Of a stretch of DNA of 64,000 bases, positions 19,914 to 37,985 are shown one piece after another (positions within the stretch are counted from its first letter, which is position 1; each line of letters starts with the position of its first letter). Source of the DNA: Shigella phage Z31. A model generated the notes under the pieces. The model was not told where the DNA came from. It saw only the letters and a program-made list of their open reading frames with translations, and did no database searches. A program made the translations under genes and the position numbers. Location of the stretch: sequence record MN655999. The stretch is one strand, 5' to 3'.

Positions 19914-20354
19914 ATGAATACAAAAGCATTAGCAGCAAAGTTTAGTTACGGTGACACTGTATCACATTCTGAGATGGATACCTTCTTAGGTATTGTGAAG
20001 CCAACTTATCAAGGTGACATTGTTAAGTACGAAGATGAAATGAAGGCTTATGCACTTACACGTCTAAACCGACTTGAGAAGTTTATTGAGAAGCTTCTTA
20101 AAGAAGAGAAGATTTATCTGGTTGCTTCAATGGGTGTTGGCTATCGTGTGGTTGAACCTAAGCATCAAGCAACTATTGCAAAACGTAAAATGTCTGGTAA
20201 GATTGGTCGTGCTTTAAAGCAAGCCACTCAAGCGATTGAGAATGTGAACACTATGGCACTTAGTCATCAAGAACGTTCACGACTGATTGAACAGCAAAAC
20301 CATTTAGCTGCTATGAAAGCTAACATTAACAAGCAACGTAGAAAACCTTTCTAA
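19914..20354 (+). CDS. hypothetical protein
   Basis: ORF track 146 aa. Confidence 0.5.
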   Translation: MNTKALAAKFSYGDTVSHSEMDTFLGIVKPTYQGDIVKYEDEMKAYALTRLNRLEKFIEKLLKEEKIYLVASMGVGYRVVEPKHQATIAKRKMSGKIGRALKQATQAIENVNTMALSHQERSRLIEQQNHLAAMKANINKQRRKPF

Positions 20355-20364
20355 GTTGACTAGG

Positions 20365-20392
20365 TAGCCTCTTCGGAGGCTCCTTTTTAAAA
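20365..20392 (+). terminator. rho-independent terminator (AGCCTC-TTCG-GAGGCT + TTTTT)
   Basis: Perfect hairpin and T-run immediately after 19914..20354. Confidence 0.6.
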
Positions 20393-20930
20393 GGTCTTTA
20401 AACATGGTCTTTTAATAAGGTTGGGTCTGGTGTGGTAAGGTTGGGTAAGGTGCGGTTTGGCGTGGTTTTGTCTGGTGCGGTCTGGTATGGGTAGTTAATC
20501 GGAGCTACATTAAAATTCGATTACATCACTTAAGAGTCTTCTAAGAGGATTTTTAAGTGATGTATTGTGATGTATTGTTCGGTATGGTAAGGCAAGGCTA
20601 GGTCTGGTGTGGGTAGTTAGTCTCATCTACATTAAAATGAGACTCATCTTTTTAAAAGGTCTTTAAACAGGGTTTTTAATAAGGTGATGAGAAGTGGTGT
20701 TAGGTTTGGTGTGGTTCTGTGCGGTACGGTTAAGTAAGGTGAGGTATGGGTAGTTAATCGGAGCTACATTAAAATTCGATTACATCACTTAAGGGTCTTC
20801 TAAGAGGATTTTTAAGCGATGCTCGGTCGGGTTTGGTCGGGTTTGGTATGGTATGGTGTGGTAAGGTAGGGTTTGGTATGGAAGGATGGCAGTAGCCTTA
20901 TAAAAAATCTGCCAAATAAGCTATAAAATC
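20393..20930 (+). repeat. tandem complex repeats (~2.5 units of ~260 bp): GT-rich tracts plus two hairpin types
   Basis: Repeated blocks AAAGGTCTTTAAACA.GG.TTTTAATAAGGT, GGTNTGG runs, GTAGTTAATCGGAGCTACATTAAAATTCGATTACATCACTTAAG (20497 and 20757) and variant AGTCTCATCTACATTAAAATGAGACTCATC (20616). Confidence 0.7.
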
Positions 20931-20932
20931 TG

Positions 20933-20961
20933 TTGACAAGTCAGGTGTTATAGCCTATTTT
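20933..20961 (+). promoter_or_regulatory. candidate promoter TTGACA-17-TATTTT
   Basis: Consensus -35 with weak -10 upstream of 21006 gene. Confidence 0.35.
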
Positions 20962-21005
20962 TATACTCAACGTAATACAAAATTTAATATAACTTTGAGG
21001 TCATT

Positions 21006-21389
21006 ATGAAAAAGATTTTATTAGCTGCTGCAATGGTTATGGCAATGAATTTACCAGTCAATGCAACAGAACTTCCCAATGTGGACTTATCAGGTGTTCC
21101 AGAAGACACTTGCCAGATTGTAAAAGGTGTTGCGCTATCTAATGGTGAGTTGCTTAAACCAATCTCTGAAGAGTCTTTGACAGAGATGACTGACAAGGTA
21201 ACTGACTATCAGTACCGTGTTCTTGCAGAGTATTTCCTGCAATCTGCAAACATTAAAGAGAAGCACCATGACGATATTGATGCACAGGCTATGCTCAATC
21301 ATCGTATTCAGTTTAAAGAAGATTTGATGCAAAAAGCTATGTATGGTGTTGAGTATTTCTTAGAAAACAGAAGCTGCACAGGTATTTGA
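21006..21389 (+). CDS. secreted/periplasmic protein with signal peptide
   Basis: 127 aa; MKKILLAAAMVMAMNLPVNA signal peptide. Confidence 0.55.
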   Translation: MKKILLAAAMVMAMNLPVNATELPNVDLSGVPEDTCQIVKGVALSNGELLKPISEESLTEMTDKVTDYQYRVLAEYFLQSANIKEKHHDDIDAQAMLNHRIQFKEDLMQKAMYGVEYFLENRSCTGI

Positions 21390-21390
21390 T

Positions 21391-21603
21391 ATGGCTCTTA
21401 AAAAGTTACATCCCAGAAGCGGTTATGGTAAGATAATTGATGATACAGACGGCTTTACAGTCTTTACAGTTATCTGTCAAGATGATTCACAGATTGAAAA
21501 GGCTCTTGATGATTATCTTAACGATGAACGTGAAAAGGTTAGGGCTACAAACATAGATTCACTGATTGACACCCCACGCAAACGGAAGAAGAAAGATGAA
21601 TGA
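21391..21603 (+). CDS. hypothetical protein
   Basis: ORF track 70 aa. Confidence 0.45.
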   Translation: MALKKLHPRSGYGKIIDDTDGFTVFTVICQDDSQIEKALDDYLNDEREKVRATNIDSLIDTPRKRKKKDE

Positions 21604-21895
21604 GGTTTTTGACCCTTATGCTCCACAAGATGATTGGGAGGCTGACAGAGAGGCTGAAATGGAGAGTTATATTTGTCCAATGGATGTAGATGAAATGAGA
21701 GACTTCGTTGCACATCGTTTTAAGAGAGAGATTAAATCCAGAGGTCTTTCTCAAGAGCAAGTTGCTAAGATTTGTGGTATCTCTCAGGCTCGTGTATCCA
21801 ACATAATCAATCTCACTGGTAATGTCTCTCTTGAGTTTATGTTGGAAGTATGTGAAAAATTTGGTGTTAATTTTAATTTAAGGTTGGCAGATTAA
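21596..21895 (+). CDS. helix-turn-helix DNA-binding protein
   Basis: Start trimmed to MNEVFDPY; C-terminal GLSQEQVAKICGISQARVSNII is an XRE/Cro-like HTH. Confidence 0.5.
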   Translation: MNEVFDPYAPQDDWEADREAEMESYICPMDVDEMRDFVAHRFKREIKSRGLSQEQVAKICGISQARVSNIINLTGNVSLEFMLEVCEKFGVNFNLRLAD

Positions 21896-21896
21896 T

Positions 21897-22256
21897 ATGA
21901 AACGTGAAAACATTATCCACTCTGAAAACTTCGCATTAGGCTTTTATGGTGTACCTACTCACCTTGAAAAGTATTATGGTGTGAAGATTCTTTCCAATCT
22001 TATTATGGCTTACAAAGATGGTAAGATTAAGCATACTGAGAAGAAACGTGTCATGGGTTATATGGCTGTAGGTTCAGCAGTTTCTAACATTAAGCTGGAA
22101 ACAACTAGCAGCCAGATTGTGAAAGACCACTTCATCAAAGAGCTTTACCACAATCTTGATGGTGTAGATGTTCAGGCTGTTTGGCTGGATGTTGATGGTC
22201 ACAACTACACGAGCTTTGTTTTCAAAAACGATGACATTAAGTGTCTGTTCCCATAA
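21897..22256 (+). CDS. hypothetical protein
   Basis: ORF track 119 aa. Confidence 0.5.
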   Translation: MKRENIIHSENFALGFYGVPTHLEKYYGVKILSNLIMAYKDGKIKHTEKKRVMGYMAVGSAVSNIKLETTSSQIVKDHFIKELYHNLDGVDVQAVWLDVDGHNYTSFVFKNDDIKCLFP

Positions 22257-22269
22257 TAGGTGATTAACT

Positions 22270-22785
22270 ATGATTGATATCTACTTACAAGATGCTCATG
22301 CAGACTTCCTTAAAGTGATGCTTAAAAAGTTTATGGCTTCACAGTATGAGAATGAAGCATCTTTTAAAATAGTTACATGTGGCGACGAAGCTGGTTTTGT
22401 TGAGATTGAACATGAAGGTACTGGAAAGACTGTTTGCAAGTTACCTGATAGTATGTTCTCTAATACGTTCTTAACAAAGACTAGTATAAATGTTAAGCTT
22501 GTTCCTCAGATTGAAACATACTCTGGTACAGATTACCCTAAAGGCTTTAAATCACTGATGAAGCACTTCTTAGATGACTTTGTAAGCAATCTTATTAGTG
22601 AGGTAACAGAAAGCCGTACAATATTAACTGTAGAGAATATCGGAGGGGCTATCAGGATTACTTCTGACCGCTACTCTATGAGCCTCTTCGACTTCGTTCC
22701 TAAGAACTTTGATGGTATTCTGGATGAAGAAGATGACTGTGTAGACTTTATATTGGCTCTTGAGCCAGTTTTTGAGGTTAAATAA
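22270..22785 (+). CDS. hypothetical protein
   Basis: ORF track 171 aa. Confidence 0.5.
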   Translation: MIDIYLQDAHADFLKVMLKKFMASQYENEASFKIVTCGDEAGFVEIEHEGTGKTVCKLPDSMFSNTFLTKTSINVKLVPQIETYSGTDYPKGFKSLMKHFLDDFVSNLISEVTESRTILTVENIGGAIRITSDRYSMSLFDFVPKNFDGILDEEDDCVDFILALEPVFEVK

Positions 22786-23046
22786 ATGAAAATTGAACAC
22801 TGCTATGAGTCTGATGGAACACCTATCCGTTGTCCACATTGTGGGTGTACAGACTTACAAGGCGAGGTAAGTGAAATAGTCAACGGTCATATTGCTGAAG
22901 AGAGTACAAGGTGCACAGGATGTAATGAAATCATTGCTTTCTGGGCTTATGGTTCATACCAGCCTACACCACACTTAATCTACCATAGCAATAAAGCTGT
23001 GAAGAATGTTATCAACTGGTTCATTAAGAAAGGATTTATAAAATGA
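22786..23046 (+). CDS. zinc-ribbon protein
   Basis: 86 aa with CPHCGC ... CTGC pairs. Confidence 0.45.
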   Translation: MKIEHCYESDGTPIRCPHCGCTDLQGEVSEIVNGHIAEESTRCTGCNEIIAFWAYGSYQPTPHLIYHSNKAVKNVINWFIKKGFIK

Positions 23047-23588
23047 TTAAATTAATCTTTGCAAGTGGTGAAAATGGTGAGTTTGGTACTCCAACTGGTA
23101 TGCCGTGGCCTCGACATAAACAGGACATGCAAGAGTTTAAGAGACTCACTAAAAATAACTTAGTAGTGATGGGTAATGAGACTTTTAAGACTCTGGGTAG
23201 TAAACCTTTACCAGAACGTGCAAACCTCATCTTAACAAACTCTGTACCATACTTAGGCATAGACTTTGGCAAAGACGATGTAATGTATGCTAAAGCCAGT
23301 AAAGAGTCATTTGGAGCATTTTTGAAGTATCTTGATAGTTCTATTGATGAAGATGTATTTGTAATTGGTGGTGCAGGTGTCCTTGTCAATGCTTTACCGT
23401 ATGCGGATGTAGTATTCCATACAGTCTTTCATAAAGTTACTGAAGAGGTCACTGCGTATTTACCTTTTGAAAACTTCTTCGATAAACTGTATGATAATCG
23501 TGTATTTGCAAAGGTGCAGTCAAGACCCTCAGATGATGGTAAAGCAACCTTTGAGATTTATGTTCCACAAGTAAAAGGGCACTTTTGA
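23043..23588 (+). CDS. dihydrofolate reductase
   Basis: 181 aa; IFASGENGEFGTPTGMPWP N-terminal DHFR signature; adjacent to thymidylate synthase. Confidence 0.82.
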   Translation: MIKLIFASGENGEFGTPTGMPWPRHKQDMQEFKRLTKNNLVVMGNETFKTLGSKPLPERANLILTNSVPYLGIDFGKDDVMYAKASKESFGAFLKYLDSSIDEDVFVIGGAGVLVNALPYADVVFHTVFHKVTEEVTAYLPFENFFDKLYDNRVFAKVQSRPSDDGKATFEIYVPQVKGHF

Positions 23589-23589
23589 T

Positions 23590-24489
23590 ATGTCACAAGC
23601 TGATTTGAGTTACAAAAATATCCTGAACCATGTTTTATCTGTTGGTGAACTGCGTACTACACGAACTGGAGATGTTATCTCTGCATTTGCTCCACCTCAG
23701 TTTCGTTTTGATATGCGAACTGGTTTCCCGCTCTTAACATCTAAACAGGTGTTCACACGGCAAGTTATTGGGGAAGCTTTATGGTTCCTGAACGGTGAGA
23801 ATAAGCTGGGTGAACTCCGTTACCGTACTTGGGGTGAAAATGACGGAGAACGCTGGACTATCTGGTCAGATGATTTTAAACGCTGGTTAAGCTCTAACTA
23901 CTCTTCTGAACAAGATTGGTTAGAGGATGCAGGTGGAAGAATCTACGGAGTTCAGTGGAGAAACTTTGAGGGCCATAATGGTTGTGTTGTAGACCAGTTA
24001 GAGACCTTAGTAACGAAGATGAAGGGTGATATCACAGACCGTTACATGCTTGTTAATGCTTGGAATGCAGCAGATATTGCAGCAAACTCAATGGCTTTAG
24101 CACCTTGTCATGTTCTGTTTCAGATTTACATCACTAACGAGGGTGAAGTAGACTTGCAATGGTATCAGCGTTCAGTAGACACCTTTTTAGGACTTCCCTT
24201 TAACATTGCGTCTTATGGTTTTATTCTGGAAGTTCTTTGTAAGATGACTGGATACACTCCACGGTACTTGATAGGTGTCTTTGGAGATACTCAGATTTAT
24301 CAGAACCATATGAAGCAGGTTTATGAACTGATGAACAATGAAGAGTTCCATGCACCGACTTTTGAGATTGGTTTACAACTTAATACTTTAAGCGACCTAA
24401 AACATCTCACTGCAAGTGACTTTATCGGTGGCATTAACAACTACCAACATGCAGGAAAGATTGAAGCACCTTTGTCAGTAGGTAAATAA
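23590..24489 (+). CDS. thyA: thymidylate synthase
   Basis: 299 aa; active-site LAPCHVLFQ, TTRTGD, WNAAD motifs. Confidence 0.9.
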   Translation: MSQADLSYKNILNHVLSVGELRTTRTGDVISAFAPPQFRFDMRTGFPLLTSKQVFTRQVIGEALWFLNGENKLGELRYRTWGENDGERWTIWSDDFKRWLSSNYSSEQDWLEDAGGRIYGVQWRNFEGHNGCVVDQLETLVTKMKGDITDRYMLVNAWNAADIAANSMALAPCHVLFQIYITNEGEVDLQWYQRSVDTFLGLPFNIASYGFILEVLCKMTGYTPRYLIGVFGDTQIYQNHMKQVYELMNNEEFHAPTFEIGLQLNTLSDLKHLTASDFIGGINNYQHAGKIEAPLSVGK

Positions 24490-24496
24490 AACAAAA

Positions 24497-24520
24497 AAGG
24501 CTCCCGTAAAAAGGAGCCTT
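24497..24520. terminator. bidirectional rho-independent terminator (AAGGCTCC...GGAGCCTT)
   Basis: Hairpin flanked by A-run and T-run between convergent thyA and 24526..24897. Confidence 0.55.
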
Positions 24521-24525
24521 AAACT

Positions 24526-24897
24526 TTACTTTTCAGTATTCTTTGTGTTCTTTTCAGTAATAGCTTGGAGGGCTGATACTGATTGAGCCAGATTGTTCAC
24601 ACTATCAGAGAATTTATCAAGAGTCTTAGTAAGTTTTGCATTCTCACCCTTAACATTCTCTAGCTGGACTTTCTGGTTCTCCATCCCTAGCTGGAGCAGT
24701 CTCATGTCAGACTGTAAATCACGAATAGCTGAGTAATTACTTTTTGAATAACTGTCTAGCTGCTGTAATTTTGTTGTGACAGACACTTCTTGTTTACCAC
24801 TTGAAACCTGCATCGTGGTAAATGTCCCAATAACACTAAAAATACCAACTACAATTGCACCAATATTATTTTTAAAAGCTTCCTCCAGCCACTTCAT
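24526..24897 (-). CDS. membrane-anchored coiled-coil protein (possible spanin-like)
   Basis: 123 aa; TM helix IGAIVVGIFSVIGTF then heptad-rich region. Confidence 0.4.
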   Translation of the reverse strand: MKWLEEAFKNNIGAIVVGIFSVIGTFTTMQVSSGKQEVSVTTKLQQLDSYSKSNYSAIRDLQSDMRLLQLGMENQKVQLENVKGENAKLTKTLDKFSDSVNNLAQSVSALQAITEKNTKNTEK

Positions 24898-25091
24898 TTA
24901 TTCTCCCCCTTAAAAGCTTTTTCTAAGTTATCTACGAACTCATCATCAATAGGTGTGTCTGTTTTACTCGCAAGGTATCTTGCAAGCCTAAAGAACACTT
25001 TCTCAATCATGTATTCACTTAGAAGGGATAAAATGAGTTTCCAGAAGAAGCTACCTAGATTTTTTAGAAGAATTGCTAGGATTGTAGGCAT
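24894..25091 (-). CDS. small hydrophobic protein
   Basis: ORF track 65 aa; N-terminal hydrophobic stretch. Confidence 0.35.
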   Translation of the reverse strand: MPTILAILLKNLGSFFWKLILSLLSEYMIEKVFFRLARYLASKTDTPIDDEFVDNLEKAFKGENK

Positions 25092-25169
25092 TTAATCACC
25101 TCATCAGCCAAGATGGTGAGAATACCCTAAAGAATATTAACACCATCTTAACAATCAGTCAATAAGGGA

Positions 25170-27557
25170 TTAAGCAGTTCTTACCCAAGCCATTAACTTA
25201 TAGAACTGGTTAGTAACACTAAATGCTGAACCAGAACCTGTACTACCAGTGTTACCACTAACTGTGTGGCTGTGAGCACCAATGCCTACAGAGTGGGAAT
25301 GGTCACCAGCACCGCTTGTAGTACCAGACCATGTGTGTGTATGGTTACCAGTTGTGTTAGTGTTAGGGAACTTGTTATCTCTTCTATCAAGCCAGTCAAG
25401 CGTTCTAGGGAGGCTGTTACCAACTGTTGTATATCCGTACAAAGCATCACCACCATTAACCAATAGCAGACCTAAGTGGTGAGCGTGGTTACCAGCAGCA
25501 CTTGTTGTACCACTTACAGAGTGAGTATGACCACCAGTACTATTAGTGCCCTTCGTACCATAATCAAAAGATGAAGTGGTAGCAGAGAAACTGTGAGTGT
25601 GTGATGGTAAGTTACCAACAGCTAAAGTTACAGAGTCTGAACCACCAGTTGTAGCAACATCTGAACCGTTTGCTGCTGCGATTCTGATAGTTCTACCAAC
25701 ACCATTGTTCAGGTACGTCCAAGTTAACCCAGGCAACGCTGTGTTAGGGTTAACATTACTGTTAAACCACGTTACAATACCAACTGGGTAGATTTTATTA
25801 AGGTCTGTAGAGTCACTTACTGCCTGTGCAATCTTCTGGTCAGTCTCAGCTTTAGTATATGCACCAATATCTGAAGGGGTTGGTTTAAATGCCGTTGAAT
25901 ACAACTGCGCCTCTCCAACATATGCTCCATCTGGCCCATAAGCATATGTGAAGACATCAAGACTTCTAGACCCATAGGTAAAAGCAATACCTCTGGCATG
26001 AGCAATACCAGCAGAATGTGCGACATGGATGGCTAAATCTTTCAGACCCTGCTCAATACCATTGTTTCTTACAAACCCTGAATAATCTTTATTGAATGAT
26101 GATGGGTCATCCAATCTATTAGTTGTCCTTGTCATTAAAGGTTGGTTTAACAGTTTTGTTTTTAAGAAATATCTAGCATCTAAGTTAGACCAATCAGAAG
26201 GTTGTACTTGACCAGTAATGGTTAGATTCTTATTAGCCTTAATCGCTGAGGGCATCAGAGTAATTTGAGTCCCAGAGTAGCTGTTGTTTAATGCCACATC
26301 AGTAGAATTTGTGCCACCCACACCTACCCACCACCTAGATACATTCTGGGTATCAACACCACGGATATATTGTGGCTGTCCCTGTGTTAAGTTCCTCAAT
26401 ACTAGACCTTCATTGTTAGATACAATAGTCTGCACATTTGTAAAAGTGTTTGCCACATTAATCTTAGCAAGACTACTCAAAGTAGCTGCTGGAATATATC
26501 TAGAGTCAATGTTAGTCCAATCAGAAGGTTGAACTTGACCAACAACCCTAAGCTGCTTGTTAACTTCAACATAACCATCATCAAGTCTAAGATTAGAGCC
26601 ATACTTATAGTTGTGGATTAATACAGCAGGTGTATTATCACCATTACCTACATACCACTTACCAGAGCCATCACTACTTTCACCTTTAATGTACAGTGCG
26701 CCATTTGCTACAGTATTTTTTAACCTTAAGGCTCCGCTATTCGTCAAAATTGATAAAGTCTGGTTAAATGTGTTCACGCCACTAAAAGTATTATCACCAG
26801 CTAACTGTGCAAATCTCTGATTAGCAACTGTCTGAGTAAAGTATCTAGCATCTAAGTTAGCAAAACTTGAAGGCTGAACTTGACCAGCAATTTGAAGAGT
26901 TCTGTTGACTGACACCAAATTTTCTAAAATAGCAATTGAAACATCAGTTTTTACATTCTTCAATACAAGGTTGTTTGTACCCTTATTATCATTACCTAGA
27001 TACCACCTATTAGTACCGTCTGTATCTTGACCACGAATATATAGCGGCATCCCTTGTGTAGTATTCTTAATAACAAAGGCTTCATTATCAGAGAGGATAG
27101 TTTGAGTACCTCTAAATGTGTTATTTACAGCTAGTCTTGAGTATCTTGCATCATTCTCTTCATTAGTCCTCATTCCAAGTTCATTAGGACTTGGTTTATT
27201 CAGAGTATGGTAAACAGTTGCTGACCTTGAAGCATCTGCAATAGTTAATCTAAGACCATTTGCGTTAATTTTAAAAGTCTTTAAAACATCTCCAATAGTA
27301 ATCTCAGCAGAACCTGTTGGGTCAAATACTGGTTTACCACCATAAAGTAACTTAACAATCCCTAATTCTCCCGTCATAGTACTACCAACAATCTGGACAA
27401 ATCTTTCTAGTTTAAAAGATGCTAAGAAATCTTGATAGGTCATTCGACGGTCTTCATCACCTAGCATTTCAGGTCTCTTTTTAACTCTGACATGAAGAAG
27501 GTCATCTGAACGGATTGTGTCGATTGAGTTTAATTCACTCAACTTGTAATCTGCCAT
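25170..27557 (-). CDS. tail fibre protein with C-terminal His-rich (HxH) repeat tip
   Basis: 795 aa; repeated NxT/SxG β-type repeats; C-terminal GGHTHS, GNHAHH, GNHTHT, GDHSHS, AHSHT motifs. Confidence 0.7.
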   Translation of the reverse strand: MADYKLSELNSIDTIRSDDLLHVRVKKRPEMLGDEDRRMTYQDFLASFKLERFVQIVGSTMTGELGIVKLLYGGKPVFDPTGSAEITIGDVLKTFKINANGLRLTIADASRSATVYHTLNKPSPNELGMRTNEENDARYSRLAVNNTFRGTQTILSDNEAFVIKNTTQGMPLYIRGQDTDGTNRWYLGNDNKGTNNLVLKNVKTDVSIAILENLVSVNRTLQIAGQVQPSSFANLDARYFTQTVANQRFAQLAGDNTFSGVNTFNQTLSILTNSGALRLKNTVANGALYIKGESSDGSGKWYVGNGDNTPAVLIHNYKYGSNLRLDDGYVEVNKQLRVVGQVQPSDWTNIDSRYIPAATLSSLAKINVANTFTNVQTIVSNNEGLVLRNLTQGQPQYIRGVDTQNVSRWWVGVGGTNSTDVALNNSYSGTQITLMPSAIKANKNLTITGQVQPSDWSNLDARYFLKTKLLNQPLMTRTTNRLDDPSSFNKDYSGFVRNNGIEQGLKDLAIHVAHSAGIAHARGIAFTYGSRSLDVFTYAYGPDGAYVGEAQLYSTAFKPTPSDIGAYTKAETDQKIAQAVSDSTDLNKIYPVGIVTWFNSNVNPNTALPGLTWTYLNNGVGRTIRIAAANGSDVATTGGSDSVTLAVGNLPSHTHSFSATTSSFDYGTKGTNSTGGHTHSVSGTTSAAGNHAHHLGLLLVNGGDALYGYTTVGNSLPRTLDWLDRRDNKFPNTNTTGNHTHTWSGTTSGAGDHSHSVGIGAHSHTVSGNTGSTGSGSAFSVTNQFYKLMAWVRTA

Positions 27558-27569
27558 TATAAATTTTCC

Positions 27570-27598
27570 TCTTAAAAGGGGCTATAAAGCCCCTGTAA
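27570..27598 (-). terminator. intercistronic hairpin (AGGGGCT-ATAA-AGCCCCT) between tail-fibre genes
   Basis: Perfect 7-bp stem followed by T-run on minus strand. Confidence 0.4.
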
Positions 27599-27603
27599 AG
27601 AAA

Positions 27604-28791
27604 TTAAGCTGTTCTCTGCCATACATACAGTACGAAGGATGGCTGCTCAATGTTGAAAGCTTGTCCACCACCAACACTATTCGTGTTTCCACTATGCGTA
27701 TGCTCAGAAGAAGAAACTGTCACAGTACCATTGTGTGTATGTGAGCCAATACCAACTGTGTGGCTGTGAGCACCAATACCCACCGTATGGTTGTGGTTAC
27801 CAGTTGTGTTAGTGGTAACACTGAAAGAGTGGGTGTGCGCACCAGCGACTTCACAGACAGCATCTGCTGAGTACCATGATTGGTCATTCCTTGTAGACCA
27901 AACCATTGCAGGTCTTTCCGATAGACCACCACCTGCTTCATAGGTCAATCTGTGGTTGTGAGCACCAGCAGCACTTGTTGACCCACTGCCAACGTGATTA
28001 TGGTTACCAGTTGTGTTAGTGGTCTTTGTTCCATAGTCAAAAGAGTTGGTAGTCTTAGTTCCATAATCAAAAGCTGAAATTGAAACAGTTGCATTATGAG
28101 TGTGACCGCCACCACTAAGAGACACAGAATGTGAGTGTTGAGGCATGTTATTAACTGACAAAGTGACAGTTGAAGCACCAAATACAGAACCTGCTGGCCT
28201 TGTATCAGAGTCATAGCCAACCAATGCCCTACCTTTTGAAACTAACTCCCAAGTACCTCCACAAATTAAGTATGTAGAAGGGTTTGCAGAGTTCATAGAA
28301 AGATGGATAGTACCTACTGGATAAGAAGCCTGAACAGCCTTGTACAAGTTATTTACTGCTCTTGCTGTAGCATACTTATCTGCATCTTCGTTATACAGAT
28401 TAGATGTTGTCCAGTTCTGGACATTACTTAAACCAACCTGTGCCTTAGTTGTATTGTGTGGGTTACTCTTGTCCTTAATATGTTGCTGAACAAGGTTATT
28501 AACCTCTTCTGAAGACATAATCTGTAGATTTGCTCTTGCCTCAGCTACATTAACAATATCTGATAAGTTATTTGCAGCAACTAACTGAAGAGCATTAATA
28601 ACATTATCTAAACCAATTTGTGTTTTAGTAACACCATGAGGGTTATTTTTTAGGCTTGAGTGTGGAGCAAGTAATTGCTCAAGAGTACATCTCTTATCCT
28701 CAATACCCTGCTTAAGATGGAAGATATCACTAAGGTCAATTGGTAAGGCTGCTTGAGGCAAGGCACTAATTTGAATTTCACCTACTGCCAT
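27604..28791 (-). CDS. tail fibre protein (short) with His-rich HxH repeats
   Basis: 395 aa; GGGHTHN, GNHNHV, GAHNHR, GAHTHS, GNHNHT, AHSHT, SHTHN repeats. Confidence 0.7.
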   Translation of the reverse strand: MAVGEIQISALPQAALPIDLSDIFHLKQGIEDKRCTLEQLLAPHSSLKNNPHGVTKTQIGLDNVINALQLVAANNLSDIVNVAEARANLQIMSSEEVNNLVQQHIKDKSNPHNTTKAQVGLSNVQNWTTSNLYNEDADKYATARAVNNLYKAVQASYPVGTIHLSMNSANPSTYLICGGTWELVSKGRALVGYDSDTRPAGSVFGASTVTLSVNNMPQHSHSVSLSGGGHTHNATVSISAFDYGTKTTNSFDYGTKTTNTTGNHNHVGSGSTSAAGAHNHRLTYEAGGGLSERPAMVWSTRNDQSWYSADAVCEVAGAHTHSFSVTTNTTGNHNHTVGIGAHSHTVGIGSHTHNGTVTVSSSEHTHSGNTNSVGGGQAFNIEQPSFVLYVWQRTA

Positions 28792-28793
28792 TA

Positions 28794-36809
<8,016 letters not shown>

Positions 36810-36810
<1 letters not shown>

Positions 36811-37049
36811 TACATTTTTCCTGCTCTTCTAAGTTCGTTGTAAGCAATTTCCTCTTTATACGACCTCTGAATTTCAAGAAATTGTCTCAATGATAATAAA
36901 TCAGAGAATGTCATAGCAAAGAGTTGGTCAAGTGTTTCTTTACACCCTTCCATACCATAAATAGCAAGCACAAATTTCATCTCGTCTGCTTCTTCATAGG
37001 TTGCCTCTACAGCAGCATCAGTTAGTGGTGTCTGTAGAGTGTTACCCAT
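36810..37049 (-). CDS. tail assembly chaperone, frameshift-extension ORF (T-like part)
   Basis: 79-aa ORF in -1 frame relative to upstream chaperone; frame open back to slippery site. Confidence 0.5.
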
Positions 37050-37051
37050 GT

Positions 37052-37450
37052 TTACTGAGAAGTTAGGCTTTTGAAAATGCTTGCTTCGAAAAAACTTCCG
37101 AAATTTGCCTCCAGCGCAAATGCTAAGTAATCAATAAATTCACCATAGTTTGCTTGGAAGTATGTATCAATATTAAGTGGGAAGTCATCAACAGTTGCCC
37201 CTTGAAATAATAGGGTAGCCATTTCTTCAAGGTTAATTTCTTCAATTCTGTCAAAACAAGCTTCAACAAGTTCTTTAAATGGAACCATTGGAGCTTCTTT
37301 CTTATCTTTATCAGTTAGACTTGATAGCATCTGTGCAAAAGTTGGAACAACAATTTTACCCAACTTCATAGACATCTTAATACCATCTCTTGCCCCAAGC
37401 AGAACGATATTTACTTTCTTACCATTAATTACTCTAGATTCTGTTTTCAT
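37052..37450 (-). CDS. tail assembly chaperone (G-like)
   Basis: 132 aa located between tube and tape-measure genes. Confidence 0.55.
   Translation of the reverse strand: MKTESRVINGKKVNIVLLGARDGIKMSMKLGKIVVPTFAQMLSSLTDKDKKEAPMVPFKELVEACFDRIEEINLEEMATLLFQGATVDDFPLNIDTYFQANYGEFIDYLAFALEANFGSFFEASIFKSLTSQ
37087..37093 (-). other. candidate -1 programmed ribosomal frameshift site (TTTTTTC heptamer)
   Basis: In the chaperone frame the codons read AGT TTT TTC; the -1 frame is open from here through the 79-aa ORF. Confidence 0.45.
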
Positions 37451-37474
37451 TGTGATTCCTTAATACTTTTAAAA

Positions 37475-37505
37475 GAAACAAAAAAGGGGAAGACCTTTTA
37501 AAGTC
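37475..37505 (-). terminator. rho-independent terminator-like hairpin with T-run
   Basis: GGGGGAGAC...GTCTTCCCC stem (one G-U) followed by TTTTTTG on minus strand, downstream of tube gene. Confidence 0.4.
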
Positions 37506-37523
37506 TCCCCCTTATAGGATTTA

Positions 37524-37970
37524 TTAAACACTTGACGCTGGAATTGTTGAAGTGTAGTCTAGCTTCTCACAACCAAAAATCCAAGTTTTAGAGTTCTGGT
37601 CACGACCAAGTTCAATCTGTGGTAATTCCTGCAACCAAGCATTAATACCAGTTGCCAGAACAGAGCCTGATGGGTCGTAGATTACGAAGTTAGAAGAGAT
37701 ATCTTCTTCAAGTTCCATATTGTCTTGTTTAGCTTGAATTGCAGAAAGCATCTGATTAGAGAGAGAAGTCTGCATTAGCTCAATCTCAATAGTACCTGTC
37801 TTGTCTGCATTTCTTGTCAGAGCAACCTGACCACCTGCACCTACAACTGGTGTAATAAGTGGTGATGTTCTCTGTAGACGTAAGAATGAATCTGGAGCAA
37901 AGCCTTCAATAGCAATGCCGTTCCAGCTACACACAACGTCTTTAGGGGAATATTGCTGATACATAGCCAT
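37524..37970 (-). CDS. tail tube protein
   Basis: 148 aa directly downstream of sheath gene; high-expression codon usage. Confidence 0.6.
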   Translation of the reverse strand: MAMYQQYSPKDVVCSWNGIAIEGFAPDSFLRLQRTSPLITPVVGAGGQVALTRNADKTGTIEIELMQTSLSNQMLSAIQAKQDNMELEEDISSNFVIYDPSGSVLATGINAWLQELPQIELGRDQNSKTWIFGCEKLDYTSTIPASSV

Positions 37971-37985
37971 TCCAATTTACCTCTA

